Source of the DNA: a virus
UHGV virus genome: UHGV-0071757
DNA length: 38,572 nt
Direction: 5' to 3' (one strand)
A program made the position numbers and the translations under genes. Shown piece by piece: positions 10,319 through 21,016 of the stretch (position 1 is its first letter; every line of letters starts with the position of its first letter). Under the pieces are notes generated by a model, which did no database searches, was not told the origin of the DNA, and was given only the letters and a program-made list of their open reading frames with translations.

Positions 10319-11019
10319 TGGCTGATTCGAATCTCAACACCCCTGTTATTGTGCAGGCGACGCGGCTCGATACATCAATCCTTCCACGCAATATATTCAG
10401 CCAGTCTTACCTGCTGTATGTCATTAATCAGGGGGCTGATGTCGGCGCAATTGCCGGGAAAGCAAATCAGGCTGGTCAGGGCGCTTACGATGCTCAGGTG
10501 AAAAACGATGAACAGGATGTCGAACTGGCTGACCACGATGCAAGAATCACCGCAAACACAAAAGCGATAAATCTCCTTGAGGTCAGGTTAACAACCGCCG
10601 AAGGGAAGATAGTTGTACTGCGTAGCGATGTTGATTACTTGCTGGATGAGGTTATCGATATTCAGGCGCATCTGGTCACTGTTGACCAAAGACTGGATGG
10701 CGTAGAAAGCGATATATCTGACATTAAGAGTGATTACGTATCGAAAACCGTAACAGAATCGCAGTCTCTTGCGTCACCGCTGGATGTAAAAACATCATAT
10801 TCAGTTGATGGAATTCAGGTCGTTGGAGCAAGGCAGACCGGATGGACAGCGGCCACAGGCACACCACTTCTTGGCTCATTCAACGCTAACCAGTCATACA
10901 CGGTCGGCACTACGTACACACAATCCGAAGTCGCAGCTATCGCTACAGGTTTGGAGCAGGCGCGGCAGCGTATTCTGGCGCTTGAAACAGCACTTAGATT
11001 ACATGGGCTGATTGACTGA
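10318..11019 (+). CDS. tail needle protein (P22 gp26-like)
   Basis: Start taken at the internal ATG 10318 ([25 protein letters not shown]...), giving 233 aa and a TAATG overlap with gp10. Strong resemblance to P22 gp26 N- and C-termini. The 10216 start in the ORF track is an upstream in-frame extension. Confidence 0.85.
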
Positions 11020-11474
11020 TGATTACATTCAAACCAACGCGAAACATCGACCTGATCGAAGCAGTAGGAAATCACCCTGACATCATCGCCGGGAGCAACA
11101 ACGGTGATGGATACGACTACAAACCTGATTGCCGTTACTTTGAGGTGAACGTGCACGGTCAGTTTGGCGGCATTGTTTACTATCAGGAGATTCAGCCGCT
11201 TACATTCGATTGCCACGCCATGTACCTGCCAGAGATTCGCGGCTTCAGCAAGGAAATAGGGCTGGCGTTCTGGCGATACATTCTGACTAACACCACCGTT
11301 CAGTGCGTCACATCGTTCGCCGCACGCAAATTCCGCCACGGTCAGATGTACTGCGCAATGATTGGCCTTAAGCGTGTAGGAACCATCAAGAAATACTTCA
11401 AAGGCGTGGATGACGTGACTTTTTACAGCGCCACACGCGAAGAACTAATCGACTTCCTGAATCACGGGAGATAG
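11019..11474 (+). CDS. head/tail stabilisation protein (P22 gp14-like)
   Basis: 151 aa directly after the tail needle, with a TGATGA overlap. Conserved position. Confidence 0.7.
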   Translation: MITFKPTRNIDLIEAVGNHPDIIAGSNNGDGYDYKPDCRYFEVNVHGQFGGIVYYQEIQPLTFDCHAMYLPEIRGFSKEIGLAFWRYILTNTTVQCVTSFAARKFRHGQMYCAMIGLKRVGTIKKYFKGVDDVTFYSATREELIDFLNHGR

Positions 11475-11476
11475 CC

Positions 11477-12169
11477 ATGTTATATGCATTTAAGCTGGGC
11501 AGAAAACTGCGCGGCGAGGAACCTTATTGCCCTGAAAAAGGCGGGAAAGGTGGCAGTTCTGATAAAAGTGCAAAGTATGCCGCAGAAGCTCAGAAGTATG
11601 CCGCAGACCTGCAAAATAAGCAGTTCAACACCATCATGAACAACCTGAAGCCGTTTACTCCTCTGGCTGATAAGTATCTCGGCAGCCTCGAGAACTTATC
11701 GTCTCTGGAAGGGCAAGGTCAGGCGCTTAACCAGTATTACAACTCTCAGCAGTATAAAGATCTTGCTGGTCAGGCTCGCTATCAGAGTCTGGCGGCAGCG
11801 GAAGCAACAGGTGGATTGGGTTCCACCGCAACCAGTAATCAGTTAGCAACAATCGCACCAACGCTTGGTCAGCAATGGCTATCTGGACAAATGAACAATT
11901 ACAACAACCTGGCAAATATCGGTCTTGGCGCTCTTCAGGGACAGGCAAACGCCGGGCAAACATATGCCAACAACATGAGTCAGATTTCGCAGCAAAGCGC
12001 AGCACTGGCGGCGGCAAACGCCAACCGACCGTCAGCATTGCAGCAGGGTGTTAGTGGTGCTGCATCCGGTGCGCTTTTGGGTGGTGGCATAGCCAGTGCT
12101 CTCGAGCTATCAACTCCGTGGGGGGCTGGTATTGGTGCTGGTCTTGGTCTGCTTGGTTCACTGTTTTAA
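11477..12169 (+). CDS. ejection (internal head) protein, P22 gp7-like
   Basis: 230 aa with a Gly/Ala-rich C-terminus. Position and size as P22 gp7. Confidence 0.75.
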   Translation: MLYAFKLGRKLRGEEPYCPEKGGKGGSSDKSAKYAAEAQKYAADLQNKQFNTIMNNLKPFTPLADKYLGSLENLSSLEGQGQALNQYYNSQQYKDLAGQARYQSLAAAEATGGLGSTATSNQLATIAPTLGQQWLSGQMNNYNNLANIGLGALQGQANAGQTYANNMSQISQQSAALAAANANRPSALQQGVSGAASGALLGGGIASALELSTPWGAGIGAGLGLLGSLF

Positions 12170-12179
12170 GGGTTAATCA

Positions 12180-13595
12180 ATGGCTACGTGGCAACAGGGT
12201 ATTAATTCTGGTGGTTTTCTGGCTGGCATTGGTACGCAAAATGAGAATGCACCAAAGGCAAGCGACATTAACGCAACGCTTGGTCTGATTCGCGAAAACA
12301 ATGAACTGGCTCGATCAGGTGCAAATAACGTTGGTCTGACCGCGTTACGTGGTCTGGCTGGAGTTGCTGATATTTACAATCAGGAACAGCAACAGAAAGC
12401 GATTAGTGCGTTCAATAAGGTTCATGCTGATGCATGGGCTTCTGGTGATCCATCGGGACTATTTAAGTTTGCCCAGGAAAATCCAGCGTTTGTTGCACAG
12501 GCACAACAGGCGTTTTCCGGTCTTAATGATCAGCAACGCAACGATATGGGCGATTTAGCCATGAGGGCTAACGTAGCTCTTTCTCAGGGACCGGAAGCCT
12601 ACAGTAAATTCATTACTGACAACAAGGACAGGTTAAATCGCGTTGGTGCTAATGCTGACTGGATGATTCAGACAGGTATCCAGAATCCAGAGCAGCTATC
12701 ACACATGCTGACTACTATGTCTCTCGGTGCACTTGGGCCAGAAAAGGCGTTTGCTGTTCAGGACAAGATGGCTGGTCGTGAAATTGACCGAGGCAGACTG
12801 GCAGAGACAATCCGCAGCAATCAGGCTGGAGAAGCACTTCAGGCGAGAGGCCAAAACCTTTCCTATCAGTCAGCAATGACTGGGCACAATATCGCAGCAC
12901 AACGTTTGGCTCTGGATCAGCAAGAGTTCGGGTTTAAGATGCAGCAAGCGCAGGAAAAGGCTCAGCAGTTGATTAGCGAAGCACCTAAGCTGTCAGTAAA
13001 CATGGAAAAAGGCATCGAGACGGCTGTAAACAATGCCACAGCATCATCAAACTCAGCCAATTCTATGAGTGCGCTTGCTCAACAGTTCAGAGCAGAAAAA
13101 CCAACGACAGGTTTGTTCGGTAACGCACAGAACATGTTCGCAAAACTTACCGGAAGCGATACGACATTGCGTGATTTGCGCATTCGCCAAAATGCCCTTG
13201 TTAACAGTCAGGTTCTTAAATTCCTACCTCCCGGCCCCGCAACGGATAAAGACGTTGAGATCGTTCGTCAGGGTGCACCAACTGACATGGATAACCCTGA
13301 GACGGTCGCAAGATGGCTTGATGCTATGGCAAACCTTGAGCGACGAAACGCGCAGTTTAATGAGTTTAAAGCCGAGTGGATGAGCGCGAATGGCAACCCT
13401 GGACAATCGCGTAATGGCGGTCAGATATTGGGGTTGGATGTTAAAAAAGGTGAATCATTGGGGAGTGCCGTTAAGCGGTATATGTCAATGAATACTGACG
13501 CAGCGCCAGCACAAGATTCGACACCTTCAGGAGAACCACGGAATCAGGTTGGATCATATACCTCAAAATCAGGCATTCAATTTACGGTGGAATGA
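12180..13595 (+). CDS. ejection protein, P22 gp20-like
   Basis: 471 aa, the same length as P22 gp20. Conserved order. Confidence 0.75.
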   Translation: MATWQQGINSGGFLAGIGTQNENAPKASDINATLGLIRENNELARSGANNVGLTALRGLAGVADIYNQEQQQKAISAFNKVHADAWASGDPSGLFKFAQENPAFVAQAQQAFSGLNDQQRNDMGDLAMRANVALSQGPEAYSKFITDNKDRLNRVGANADWMIQTGIQNPEQLSHMLTTMSLGALGPEKAFAVQDKMAGREIDRGRLAETIRSNQAGEALQARGQNLSYQSAMTGHNIAAQRLALDQQEFGFKMQQAQEKAQQLISEAPKLSVNMEKGIETAVNNATASSNSANSMSALAQQFRAEKPTTGLFGNAQNMFAKLTGSDTTLRDLRIRQNALVNSQVLKFLPPGPATDKDVEIVRQGAPTDMDNPETVARWLDAMANLERRNAQFNEFKAEWMSANGNPGQSRNGGQILGLDVKKGESLGSAVKRYMSMNTDAAPAQDSTPSGEPRNQVGSYTSKSGIQFTVE

Positions 13596-15433
13596 TGAAA
13601 GTAACTGCAAACGGTAAGACATTTACCTTTCCTGATGGTACGAGCACCGAAGATATTGGCACCGCCATTGATGAGTATTTTGCTGGTCAGGCTGTTCAGC
13701 AACAAACAGCTAATCAGGCCAATAATGCACCAACACGGGAAGAACCATCATTGATGCAACAAGCTGGCGATTGGCTTACTGGTAGTCAAAGTGCAGGGCA
13801 AATTGCAGAACAGGCTGGTCGTGGTCTGGTAAACATACCATTTGACGTATTGCAGGGCGGCGCAAGTCTGATTAATGCAATCAGTCAGGGGCTTGGTGGA
13901 CCCAAGGTTTTGGATGATGTTTATCGTCCAGTAGACAGACCGACAGACCCCTACGCGCAAGCCGGTGAAACAATTGGTGGGTATTTAGTTCCAGGAGTTG
14001 GAACAGCAGGAAGCATGGCTATTGGATCACTGGCAGAGGCAGCAAATCAGAAAGGCGATTTCGCACAAAATGCAGCTAAAAATGCCGGAGTTAACCTTGC
14101 CGCTCAGGGTGTTCTTTCCGCAGCAGCAAAGGGAATAGGGCGTGGAATAACGGCTATAAAAGGTGATATTGCGCCAGAAGTGGCGAAGAAAATTGCCACA
14201 TCAGAATCTATGGGCGTGACACCAATGACATCTGATGTTATCCCGCCGAAAAATGCTTTCACTCGCGGCCTTACTCAGGATGCCGAGGGGGCTTTGCTCG
14301 GGACAGGCTCAAAGCGAGCGGAGCAATATGCAACGCGTAGTAAGCTGGTAAGCAATTATTTTGACCGTTTTGGTGAGTACAACCCTGATGACGTGGTGAA
14401 ATCTCTGACCACCACGTTAAGGGGGCGGAAGGATGCCGCTGGCGCTGTTATCAATGACGTCACCAATAAAATGGGTAATGCCGCAGTTGATACCACAAAT
14501 ACCATGAATGCTCTGAATACAGCGATCGCAAGACAGGAACGGCTTGGGACGTCTGCCAATCAAAGCCTGCTTACATCCTTGCGTAACCTACGTGAAGAAT
14601 TAGCAGACCCTGCAACTGATTTGGATGTTACGTTTGATCTCTTGCGTCAGCACAGAACAGCATTTAGATCTAATGTTCAGGGAGATGCTATGGTCTTCCC
14701 CAACCAGGCAAAAGCAGCTACCAATATGGTAGAGAATGCAATGTCAAAAGACCTTCGTAACGCAGTTGCTAAAAACCTCGGTGCATCAGACGCAGCAAAA
14801 TACCTTAAAGCAAATTCCGATTATGCAAACGTTTATAATAAGGTGCTTAATAAAAACATTGCTAACAAGCTCAACAAGGCAAGCAGTGAAGCCAGTCCTG
14901 AACTTATAAATACCGTTGTATTAAGCAGAAAACCATCTGACGTGAAACGAATCTGGAGCGCATTGGATGATAAAGGGAAAGATGCTATGCGTGCAGCTTA
15001 CGTCAGCAAAATAGCGGAAAAGGCTGGTGACTCTCCAGCCAAGTTCATCACTGAAGTTAATAAGCTGAAATCTCAGTCAGGCGGTGAAATTTACAACACT
15101 ATTTTTTCTGGAAAGCACATGAAAGAGCTTGATGCTCTTCATGAAGTTCTACAGCAAACAGCAAGGTCAGACACCGCAAATGTAGTAACTCAGACGGGGC
15201 AATCGCAAGCCAACAGGATAAGGACGATTGGCGCAACTGCGACTCTTGGCGTATCAATGGGGCTTGAGGCTGGTTTCGGTGCAATGATGCGCTTGTATGA
15301 GTCCAAAGCAGCAAGGAATGCTCTCTTACGTTTGGCAAACACCAAAGCAGGAACGCCAGCCTATGAAAGAGCGTTGAGTAACGCTGCAAATGCCATCAGG
15401 CCGCTGCTTGCTACTGAGGCAACACAGCAGTAA
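13592..15433 (+). CDS. ejection protein, P22 gp16-like
   Basis: 613 aa, overlapping gp20 (ATGA). Size and order as P22 gp16. Confidence 0.75.
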   Translation: MMKVTANGKTFTFPDGTSTEDIGTAIDEYFAGQAVQQQTANQANNAPTREEPSLMQQAGDWLTGSQSAGQIAEQAGRGLVNIPFDVLQGGASLINAISQGLGGPKVLDDVYRPVDRPTDPYAQAGETIGGYLVPGVGTAGSMAIGSLAEAANQKGDFAQNAAKNAGVNLAAQGVLSAAAKGIGRGITAIKGDIAPEVAKKIATSESMGVTPMTSDVIPPKNAFTRGLTQDAEGALLGTGSKRAEQYATRSKLVSNYFDRFGEYNPDDVVKSLTTTLRGRKDAAGAVINDVTNKMGNAAVDTTNTMNALNTAIARQERLGTSANQSLLTSLRNLREELADPATDLDVTFDLLRQHRTAFRSNVQGDAMVFPNQAKAATNMVENAMSKDLRNAVAKNLGASDAAKYLKANSDYANVYNKVLNKNIANKLNKASSEASPELINTVVLSRKPSDVKRIWSALDDKGKDAMRAAYVSKIAEKAGDSPAKFITEVNKLKSQSGGEIYNTIFSGKHMKELDALHEVLQQTARSDTANVVTQTGQSQANRIRTIGATATLGVSMGLEAGFGAMMRLYESKAARNALLRLANTKAGTPAYERALSNAANAIRPLLATEATQQ

Positions 15434-15457
15434 CGTATGGGGAATGGGATTCAATCG

Positions 15458-15847
15458 TTAACATTTTCTTTTTACTTTTCCAACAAAAGCTTTGGTTGAA
15501 TCCATATTCCCATAACCAGAAATGGTTTTCGACATTAAAACTGTTCCATTAGGATGTATTACCCATGAGTCGATAACTCGTTGAGTTTCGCCATTCGCGC
15601 CGATTCCAATGATGGAGTTTTTAGACAATGCTTTGTAAGCCATGCCGCCCGCATCCGTCCCAGAATATGTGATACTGGCATCTTCACCGTTTGTCTTAAT
15701 GATGAATGTTCCACTAAAACCATCTTCTTCCGGTTGAAAATTATTTCGTTCTGAATAGCTTATTCCGTGCATATCGCCAACGACCCAGCACTCTGCTGTA
15801 GCCCCAAAAGATATGAATAAGAACATAGCAGCAAGAACTTTCTTCAC
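15458..15847 (-). CDS. secreted small protein (moron at sieA/immI position)
   Basis: 129 aa with GTG start, preceded by a strong SD (AAGGAGG). N-terminal signal peptide MKKVLAAMFLFISFGATA. Opposite strand to the late operon. Confidence 0.6.
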   Translation of the reverse strand: MKKVLAAMFLFISFGATAECWVVGDMHGISYSERNNFQPEEDGFSGTFIIKTNGEDASITYSGTDAGGMAYKALSKNSIIGIGANGETQRVIDSWVIHPNGTVLMSKTISGYGNMDSTKAFVGKVKRKC

Positions 15848-15952
15848 ACCAACCTCCTTAGTTTTGAGCAGGATACCATGAAAAAAGTAAACATCTTTTG
15901 CCTACTTCACATTTGAATGTTTTGTCATTAGGATGTTTCCGGTTTTTTAAAT

Positions 15953-16384
15953 ATGGAAATTGATATGAAGAGGATTATTAGCGTCGTTGCTGGCGCTATC
16001 ATGTTATCTGGGTGCGCAACTATTGTTGGTGATGAAACGCAACTTGTGCAAGTGAACAGCAATCCTTCCGGTGCGAGCTTTAAGGTAAAAGACGAATCAG
16101 GCGTGATTGTTGCGCAAGGTAAGACCCCGCAAGGAGTAACTCTTGCCAAGTCAGATGGTAGTTATTTTGGCAAAAAGAGCTACCAGATCACTATGGAGAA
16201 GGATGGGTACGAACCAGTTACCCTGCCAATCAAAGCCAATGCTAATGGTTGGTATATTGGTGGAAACCTTGTGTTTGGTGGGTTAATTGGTTGGCTTGCT
16301 GTAGATCCATTTAATGGTGGGATGTATACCTTGAAGCCTAAAGAGGCAAATGCATCCCTTATACCGTCCACAAAGCACGACTAA
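15953..16384 (+). CDS. lipoprotein (moron), possibly PEGA-like
   Basis: 143 aa. Lipobox AIMLSGC after a signal sequence (a likelier start is the ATG at 15965). Divergent from the secreted-protein gene. Confidence 0.6.
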   Translation: MEIDMKRIISVVAGAIMLSGCATIVGDETQLVQVNSNPSGASFKVKDESGVIVAQGKTPQGVTLAKSDGSYFGKKSYQITMEKDGYEPVTLPIKANANGWYIGGNLVFGGLIGWLAVDPFNGGMYTLKPKEANASLIPSTKHD

Positions 16385-16400
16385 TAAATGGAACCCACCA

Positions 16401-16652
16401 TCAGGTGGGTTTTTTGTACAAATCCTTCAGCGTATCAAACACCATCTTCTTAACAAGTTCGGACTGCTCATCAGCGATGCGTTCCGCATCGTCTCGATAG
16501 CCTGAAATTTTGGATGGCTTTGATACAGCATCAGTCACTATCTGAACTAATTCTGAATTAAGAGAGCGGCCATTGGATTTGGCTCGCTGTTTTAGTTTTT
16601 CCTTTAATTCGTAAGGTAGCCGCAGATTAAATTGCGGGTCATCTCTTCCCAT
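16401..16652 (-). CDS. mnt: Mnt-type ribbon-helix-helix repressor
   Basis: 83 aa. Arc/Mnt signature DDPQFNLRLPYELKEKLKQRAKSNGRSLNSELVQIV and C-terminus resemble P22 Mnt as I recall it. Confidence 0.85.
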   Translation of the reverse strand: MGRDDPQFNLRLPYELKEKLKQRAKSNGRSLNSELVQIVTDAVSKPSKISGYRDDAERIADEQSELVKKMVFDTLKDLYKKPT

Positions 16653-16715
16653 TCTTGATGCCTCGCTTTTGTGAGTGGATCGGCATCTTATTATCTGCTG
16701 GTTGCATCCTCAATA

Positions 16716-16730
16716 AGACCACAGTGGTCT
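16716..16730. promoter_or_regulatory. putative Mnt operator (palindrome AGACCACaGTGGTCT)
   Basis: Perfect 7-1-7 palindrome about 64 bp upstream of the mnt start, between mnt and the tailspike gene. Confidence 0.4.
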
Positions 16731-16798
16731 CTTTGTTTGATTAATAATACATCACTGTGGCAATGCTGCGGCGATTCCTTGTATCTGGAGCAAATTAA

Positions 16799-19744
16799 AT
16801 GACAGACATTACAGCCAATGTTGTAGTGAGTATGCCTTCGCAACTCTTCACTATGGCGCGTTCTTTTAAAGCCGTAGCCAATGGCAAAATTTATATCGGT
16901 AAAATTGACACTGACCCGGTAAATCCTGAAAACCAGATTCAGGTTTATGTAGAGAACGAAGACGGTTCTCACATTCCTGTTTCGCAACCAATAATCATTA
17001 ACGCTGCTGGATATCCGGTATATAACGGACAGATTGCCAAATTCGTAACCGTGCAAGGCCATTCTATGGCTGTTTATGATGCGTATGGTACACAGCAGTT
17101 CTATTTTCCGAATGTGCTGAAGTATGATCCTGATCAGTTACGACAGCAATTAGAAGACCCAGATGGAGCGAATAAATACCCAAAACTTCAGATAGCAAGA
17201 TGGAGAGACAGTTATGATGTAAGAGGTTGGGGGGCTATTGGTGATGGTGTTCATGATGATACATCAGCTCTATCAGAATTACTTTCTGTTGCAACAGGTG
17301 GTGAAAAGATAGATGGGCGAGGGCTTACTTTTAAAGTATCAACTCTTCCAGATGTCAGTCGATTTAAAAATGCTCGTTTTTTATTTGAGAGAATACCGGG
17401 TCAGCCTCTTTTTTATGCTTCTGAAGATTTTATCCAAGGAGAGTTATTTAAAATTACAGATACACCGTGGTACAACGCCTGGACGCAGGATAAAACGTTT
17501 GTATATGACAATGTCATCTATGCGCCTTTTATGGCTGGAGACCGCCATGGTGTAAATAACCTCCATGTTGCATGGGTTCGCTCAGGAGATGACGGGAAGA
17601 CCTGGACAACGCCGGAATGGCTTACAGATTTACATGAAAACTATCCCACAGTTAACTATCACTGCATGAGTATGGGGGTTGTCAGAAATCGCCTTTTTGC
17701 TGTAATTGAGACGCGGACCGTGAGCGGAAATAAACTGCAGGTTGCAGAGTTGTGGGATCGCCCAATGAGTCGCAGCCTTCGCGTTTATGGTGGTATAACG
17801 AAAGCAGCAAATCAGCAAGTCGCTTATATTCGCATTACTGATCACGGATTATTTGCTGGTGATTTTGTCAACTTCTCAAACTCTGGTGTTACAGGTGTTA
17901 CCGGGAATATGACGGTGACTACTGTCATTGATAAAAATACTTTTACAGTTACGACGCAAAATACCCAGGATGTGGATCAGAATAACGAGGGTAGATACTG
18001 GAGTTTTGGTACATCATTTCACTCGTCACCATGGAGAAAAACCAGTCTTGGAACTATTCCTTCTTTTGTTGACGGAAGCACTCCTGTTACTGAGATTCAC
18101 AGTTTTGCGACGATTAGCGATAACAGTTTTGCTGTTGGCTACCATAATGGTGATATTGATCCACGCGAGCTTGGGATACTCTATTTCTCTGATGCTTTCG
18201 GTTCTCCTGGTAGCTTTGTTCGCAGACGCATACCTGTAGAATATGAGGCGAATGCATCTGAGCCATGTGTAAAATATTATGATGGCATTCTGTATCTGAC
18301 GACCAGGGGGACATTAAGTACTCAACCCGGTAGTTCATTGCACAGAAGCTCTGATTTAGGTACATCATGGAATTCTCTTCGCTTCCCAAATAATGTTCAT
18401 CACTCAAACCTTCCTTTTGCCAAAGTTGGCGATGAGCTGATTATTTTTGGCAGTGAGCGCGCATTTGGTGAGTGGGAAGGAGGAGAACCTGATAACCGTT
18501 ATGCAGGAAATTATCCAAGAACATTTATGACCAGAGTTAACGTCAATGAGTGGAGTCTGGATAATGTAGAGTGGGTTAATGTTACTGATCAGATTTATCA
18601 GGGCGGAATAGTTAACTCTGCGGTTGGTGTTGGTTCAGTTTGTATCAAAGACAACTGGCTGTACTACATTTTCGGTGGGGAAGACTTTCTAAACCCATGG
18701 AGCATAGGGGATAACAACAGAAAATATCCTTATGTTCACGATGGTCACCCGGCTGATTTGTATTGTTTCAGGGTGAAAATTAAACAGGAAGAATTTGTTT
18801 CAAGGGATTTTGTCTACGGAGCCACTCCTAACAGAACGCTTCCTACTTTTATGTCGACGTCAGGCGTGAGGACGGTTCCTGTACCCGTTGATTTCACAGA
18901 TGATGTTGCCGTCCAGTCACTGACTGTCCATGCCGGTACATCAGGACAAGTTCGCGCGGAAGTCAAACTTGAGGGTAATTACGCCATTATTGCGAAGAAA
19001 GTACCGTCTGATGATGTTACCGCTCAGAGATTAATCGTTAGCGGCGGTGAAACAACGTCTTCAGCAGATGGCGCAATGATAACGTTGCATGGTTCCGGAA
19101 GCAGTACTCCACGTCGCGCGGTATATAACGCACTCGAACATCTTTTTGAGAACGGAGATGTTAAACCTTATCTTGATAATGTAAATGCTCTTGGTGGTCC
19201 GGGAAACAGGTTCTCGACAGTTTATCTTGGCTCCAATCCTGTGGTTACCAGTGACGGAACATTAAAGACAGAGGCGGTCTCTCCTGACGAAGCATTGCTG
19301 GATGCCTGGGGTGACGTCAGGTATATCGCTTATAAATGGCTGAACGCTGTCGCTATAAAGGGGGAAGAAGGGGCGAGGATACATCATGGTGTAATCGCGC
19401 AGCAACTTCGTGATGTTCTTATTTCTCACGGACTCATGGAAGAAGAAAGCACAACATGCCGCTATGCCTTTCTTTGCTATGACGATTATCCCGCAGTATA
19501 TGATGACGTCATTACTGGCCAAAGGGAAATACCGCTGACTGATAATGACGGGAGCATCATTGTTGATGAGGATGATAATCCAGTGATGGTAATGGAAGAC
19601 ATCATTGAGCGCGTTGAAATAACGCCAGCAGGATCTAGATGGGGGGTCAGACCTGATCTCTTATTCTATATCGAGGCGGCATGGCAGCGCAGAGAAATAG
19701 AAAGAATAAAAGCTAGGTTAGACTTAATAGAAGGGAAGCACTAA
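16799..19744 (+). CDS. tailspike: P22-like head-binding domain + sialidase-like (endosialidase) domain + C-terminal intramolecular chaperone domain
   Basis: 981 aa. N-terminus [11 protein letters not shown]...[21 protein letters not shown] like P22 gp9. Two Asp-box motifs ([16 protein letters not shown]). C-terminal ~150 aa resemble autoproteolytic chaperone domains of endosialidases and tail fibres. Confidence 0.85.
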   Translation: MTDITANVVVSMPSQLFTMARSFKAVANGKIYIGKIDTDPVNPENQIQVYVENEDGSHIPVSQPIIINAAGYPVYNGQIAKFVTVQGHSMAVYDAYGTQQFYFPNVLKYDPDQLRQQLEDPDGANKYPKLQIARWRDSYDVRGWGAIGDGVHDDTSALSELLSVATGGEKIDGRGLTFKVSTLPDVSRFKNARFLFERIPGQPLFYASEDFIQGELFKITDTPWYNAWTQDKTFVYDNVIYAPFMAGDRHGVNNLHVAWVRSGDDGKTWTTPEWLTDLHENYPTVNYHCMSMGVVRNRLFAVIETRTVSGNKLQVAELWDRPMSRSLRVYGGITKAANQQVAYIRITDHGLFAGDFVNFSNSGVTGVTGNMTVTTVIDKNTFTVTTQNTQDVDQNNEGRYWSFGTSFHSSPWRKTSLGTIPSFVDGSTPVTEIHSFATISDNSFAVGYHNGDIDPRELGILYFSDAFGSPGSFVRRRIPVEYEANASEPCVKYYDGILYLTTRGTLSTQPGSSLHRSSDLGTSWNSLRFPNNVHHSNLPFAKVGDELIIFGSERAFGEWEGGEPDNRYAGNYPRTFMTRVNVNEWSLDNVEWVNVTDQIYQGGIVNSAVGVGSVCIKDNWLYYIFGGEDFLNPWSIGDNNRKYPYVHDGHPADLYCFRVKIKQEEFVSRDFVYGATPNRTLPTFMSTSGVRTVPVPVDFTDDVAVQSLTVHAGTSGQVRAEVKLEGNYAIIAKKVPSDDVTAQRLIVSGGETTSSADGAMITLHGSGSSTPRRAVYNALEHLFENGDVKPYLDNVNALGGPGNRFSTVYLGSNPVVTSDGTLKTEAVSPDEALLDAWGDVRYIAYKWLNAVAIKGEEGARIHHGVIAQQLRDVLISHGLMEEESTTCRYAFLCYDDYPAVYDDVITGQREIPLTDNDGSIIVDEDDNPVMVMEDIIERVEITPAGSRWGVRPDLLFYIEAAWQRREIERIKARLDLIEGKH

Positions 19745-19897
19745 ATGTTTCGTTGGCGTCAAAAATATGAACTGCTCACATAAAGAAGTAAGTACATTGG
19801 CAAAAAACATTGACGTCAACGAAATTAAATATAAAAATTTAAATGCTTTTTAATGACAAGAAAAGTAACTAGTGGTAAAATAACGTAGGATACTAAT

Positions 19898-20639
19898 ATG
19901 TCAAGACTCAAGACTCAAGACTCAAGACTCAAGACTCAAGACTCAAGACTCAAGACTCAAGACTCAAGACTCAAGACTCAAGACTCAAGACTCGTTTTCC
20001 GTTGATGATAATGGGTCAGGTAATATTTTTGTATGTGGAGATCTTGTAAATAGCAAAGAGAATAAAGTTCAGTTCAATGGAAACAATAACAAACTTATTA
20101 TAGAAGATGATGTTGAGTGTCGATGGCTTACCGTAATATTTAGGGGTGATAATAATTACGTAAGAATACATAAAAACAGTAAGATTAAAGGTGATATTGT
20201 CGCAACAAAAGGTTCAAAAGTTATTATCGGTAGAAGAACGACAATAGGTGCAGGTTTTGAAGTCGTCACTGATAAGTGCAATGTTACAATTGGCCATGAC
20301 TGCATGATAGCAAGAGATGTTATTTTGCGTGCATCAGATGGGCATCCTATATTTGATATTCATAGCAAAAAAAGGATTAATTGGGCAAAAGATATCATTA
20401 TATCTAGTTACGTATGGGTAGGGAGAAATGTCTCTATAATGAAAGGGGTATCTGTTGGAAGCGGATCTGTCATTGGGTATGGGAGTATTGTAACTAAAGA
20501 TGTGCCATCTATGTGTGCAGCAGCCGGTAATCCAGCAAAAATAATAAAAAGAAATATAATATGGGCAAGAACGGATAAAGCGGAGCTAATTAGTGATGAC
20601 AAGAGATGCTCCAGCTATCATGCGAAGCTCACGCAATAA
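19898..20639 (+). CDS. neuO: phase-variable polysialic acid O-acetyltransferase NeuO-like; out of frame (OFF) in this sequence
   Basis: ATG 19898 is followed by 13 AAGACTC heptads encoding RLKTQDS repeats. The ATG frame stops at TGA 20003-20005. The hexapeptide-repeat acyltransferase body (frame ending 20639) lies in a different frame from the ATG. Confidence 0.85.
19903..19993 (+). repeat. (AAGACTC)x13 heptanucleotide tandem repeat
   Basis: Counted directly: 91 nt, 13 perfect 7-nt units starting 5 nt after the neuO ATG. Confidence 0.95.
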
Positions 20640-20700
20640 ATATAAAACATCATGCAGACATATTACCAATATTAATATAAGGTAATAAAAATATAATTTA

Positions 20701-20727
20701 CAAAAAAGCCCGTTGGAAGCGACGGGC
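20701..20727 (-). terminator. hairpin terminator oriented for minus-strand transcripts
   Basis: gcccgt/acgggc stem. The U-tract is only on the minus-strand reading (plus strand has an A-tract 5' of the stem). Confidence 0.4.
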
Positions 20728-21016
20728 ATTAACCGCGGTAATGGATAAATTATTAATGTTTTTAGATTGTGAACGATATCATATTGTGCGGAAGTAGTGA
20801 AGTAACCATGTAAAATGATTGTTTCATAGCCTATGAGACACACAAGGCTTTGTGCTCTTCTGTGGATGTGTGGCTACATGTTTGAAGATCGTTGTGCCGT
20901 ATTTGTGACATACACATGGCAACATCATGCCTCAACTTTCTGTTTGTGCCATCAACTATAGATTAGTGAATGCGGTTAATGCTTGCTAAAACAGATAGTT
21001 ATGATTGGTGCTACAG

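Noticed and set aside
10815-11339. 174-aa minus-strand ORF across tail needle and gp14
   Set aside because: Antisense to two confidently assigned structural genes with conserved overlaps.
17928-18407. Alternative-frame and antisense ORFs within the tailspike (17928-18239 +, 18114-18407 -)
   Set aside because: They overlap the sialidase-domain coding frame. Translations are low complexity (Leu/His-rich).
19810-19836. Sigma70 promoter for neuO (TTGACG ... ATAAAA)
   Set aside because: Spacer length is 14-15 nt and the -10 match is poor. Too weak to call from sequence alone.
19903-19993. Possible CRISPR array or other spacer-repeat structure at the heptad tract
   Set aside because: Units are 7 nt, perfectly tandem with no spacers, and lie inside a coding 5' end. 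This is a slipped-strand phase-variation tract, not CRISPR.
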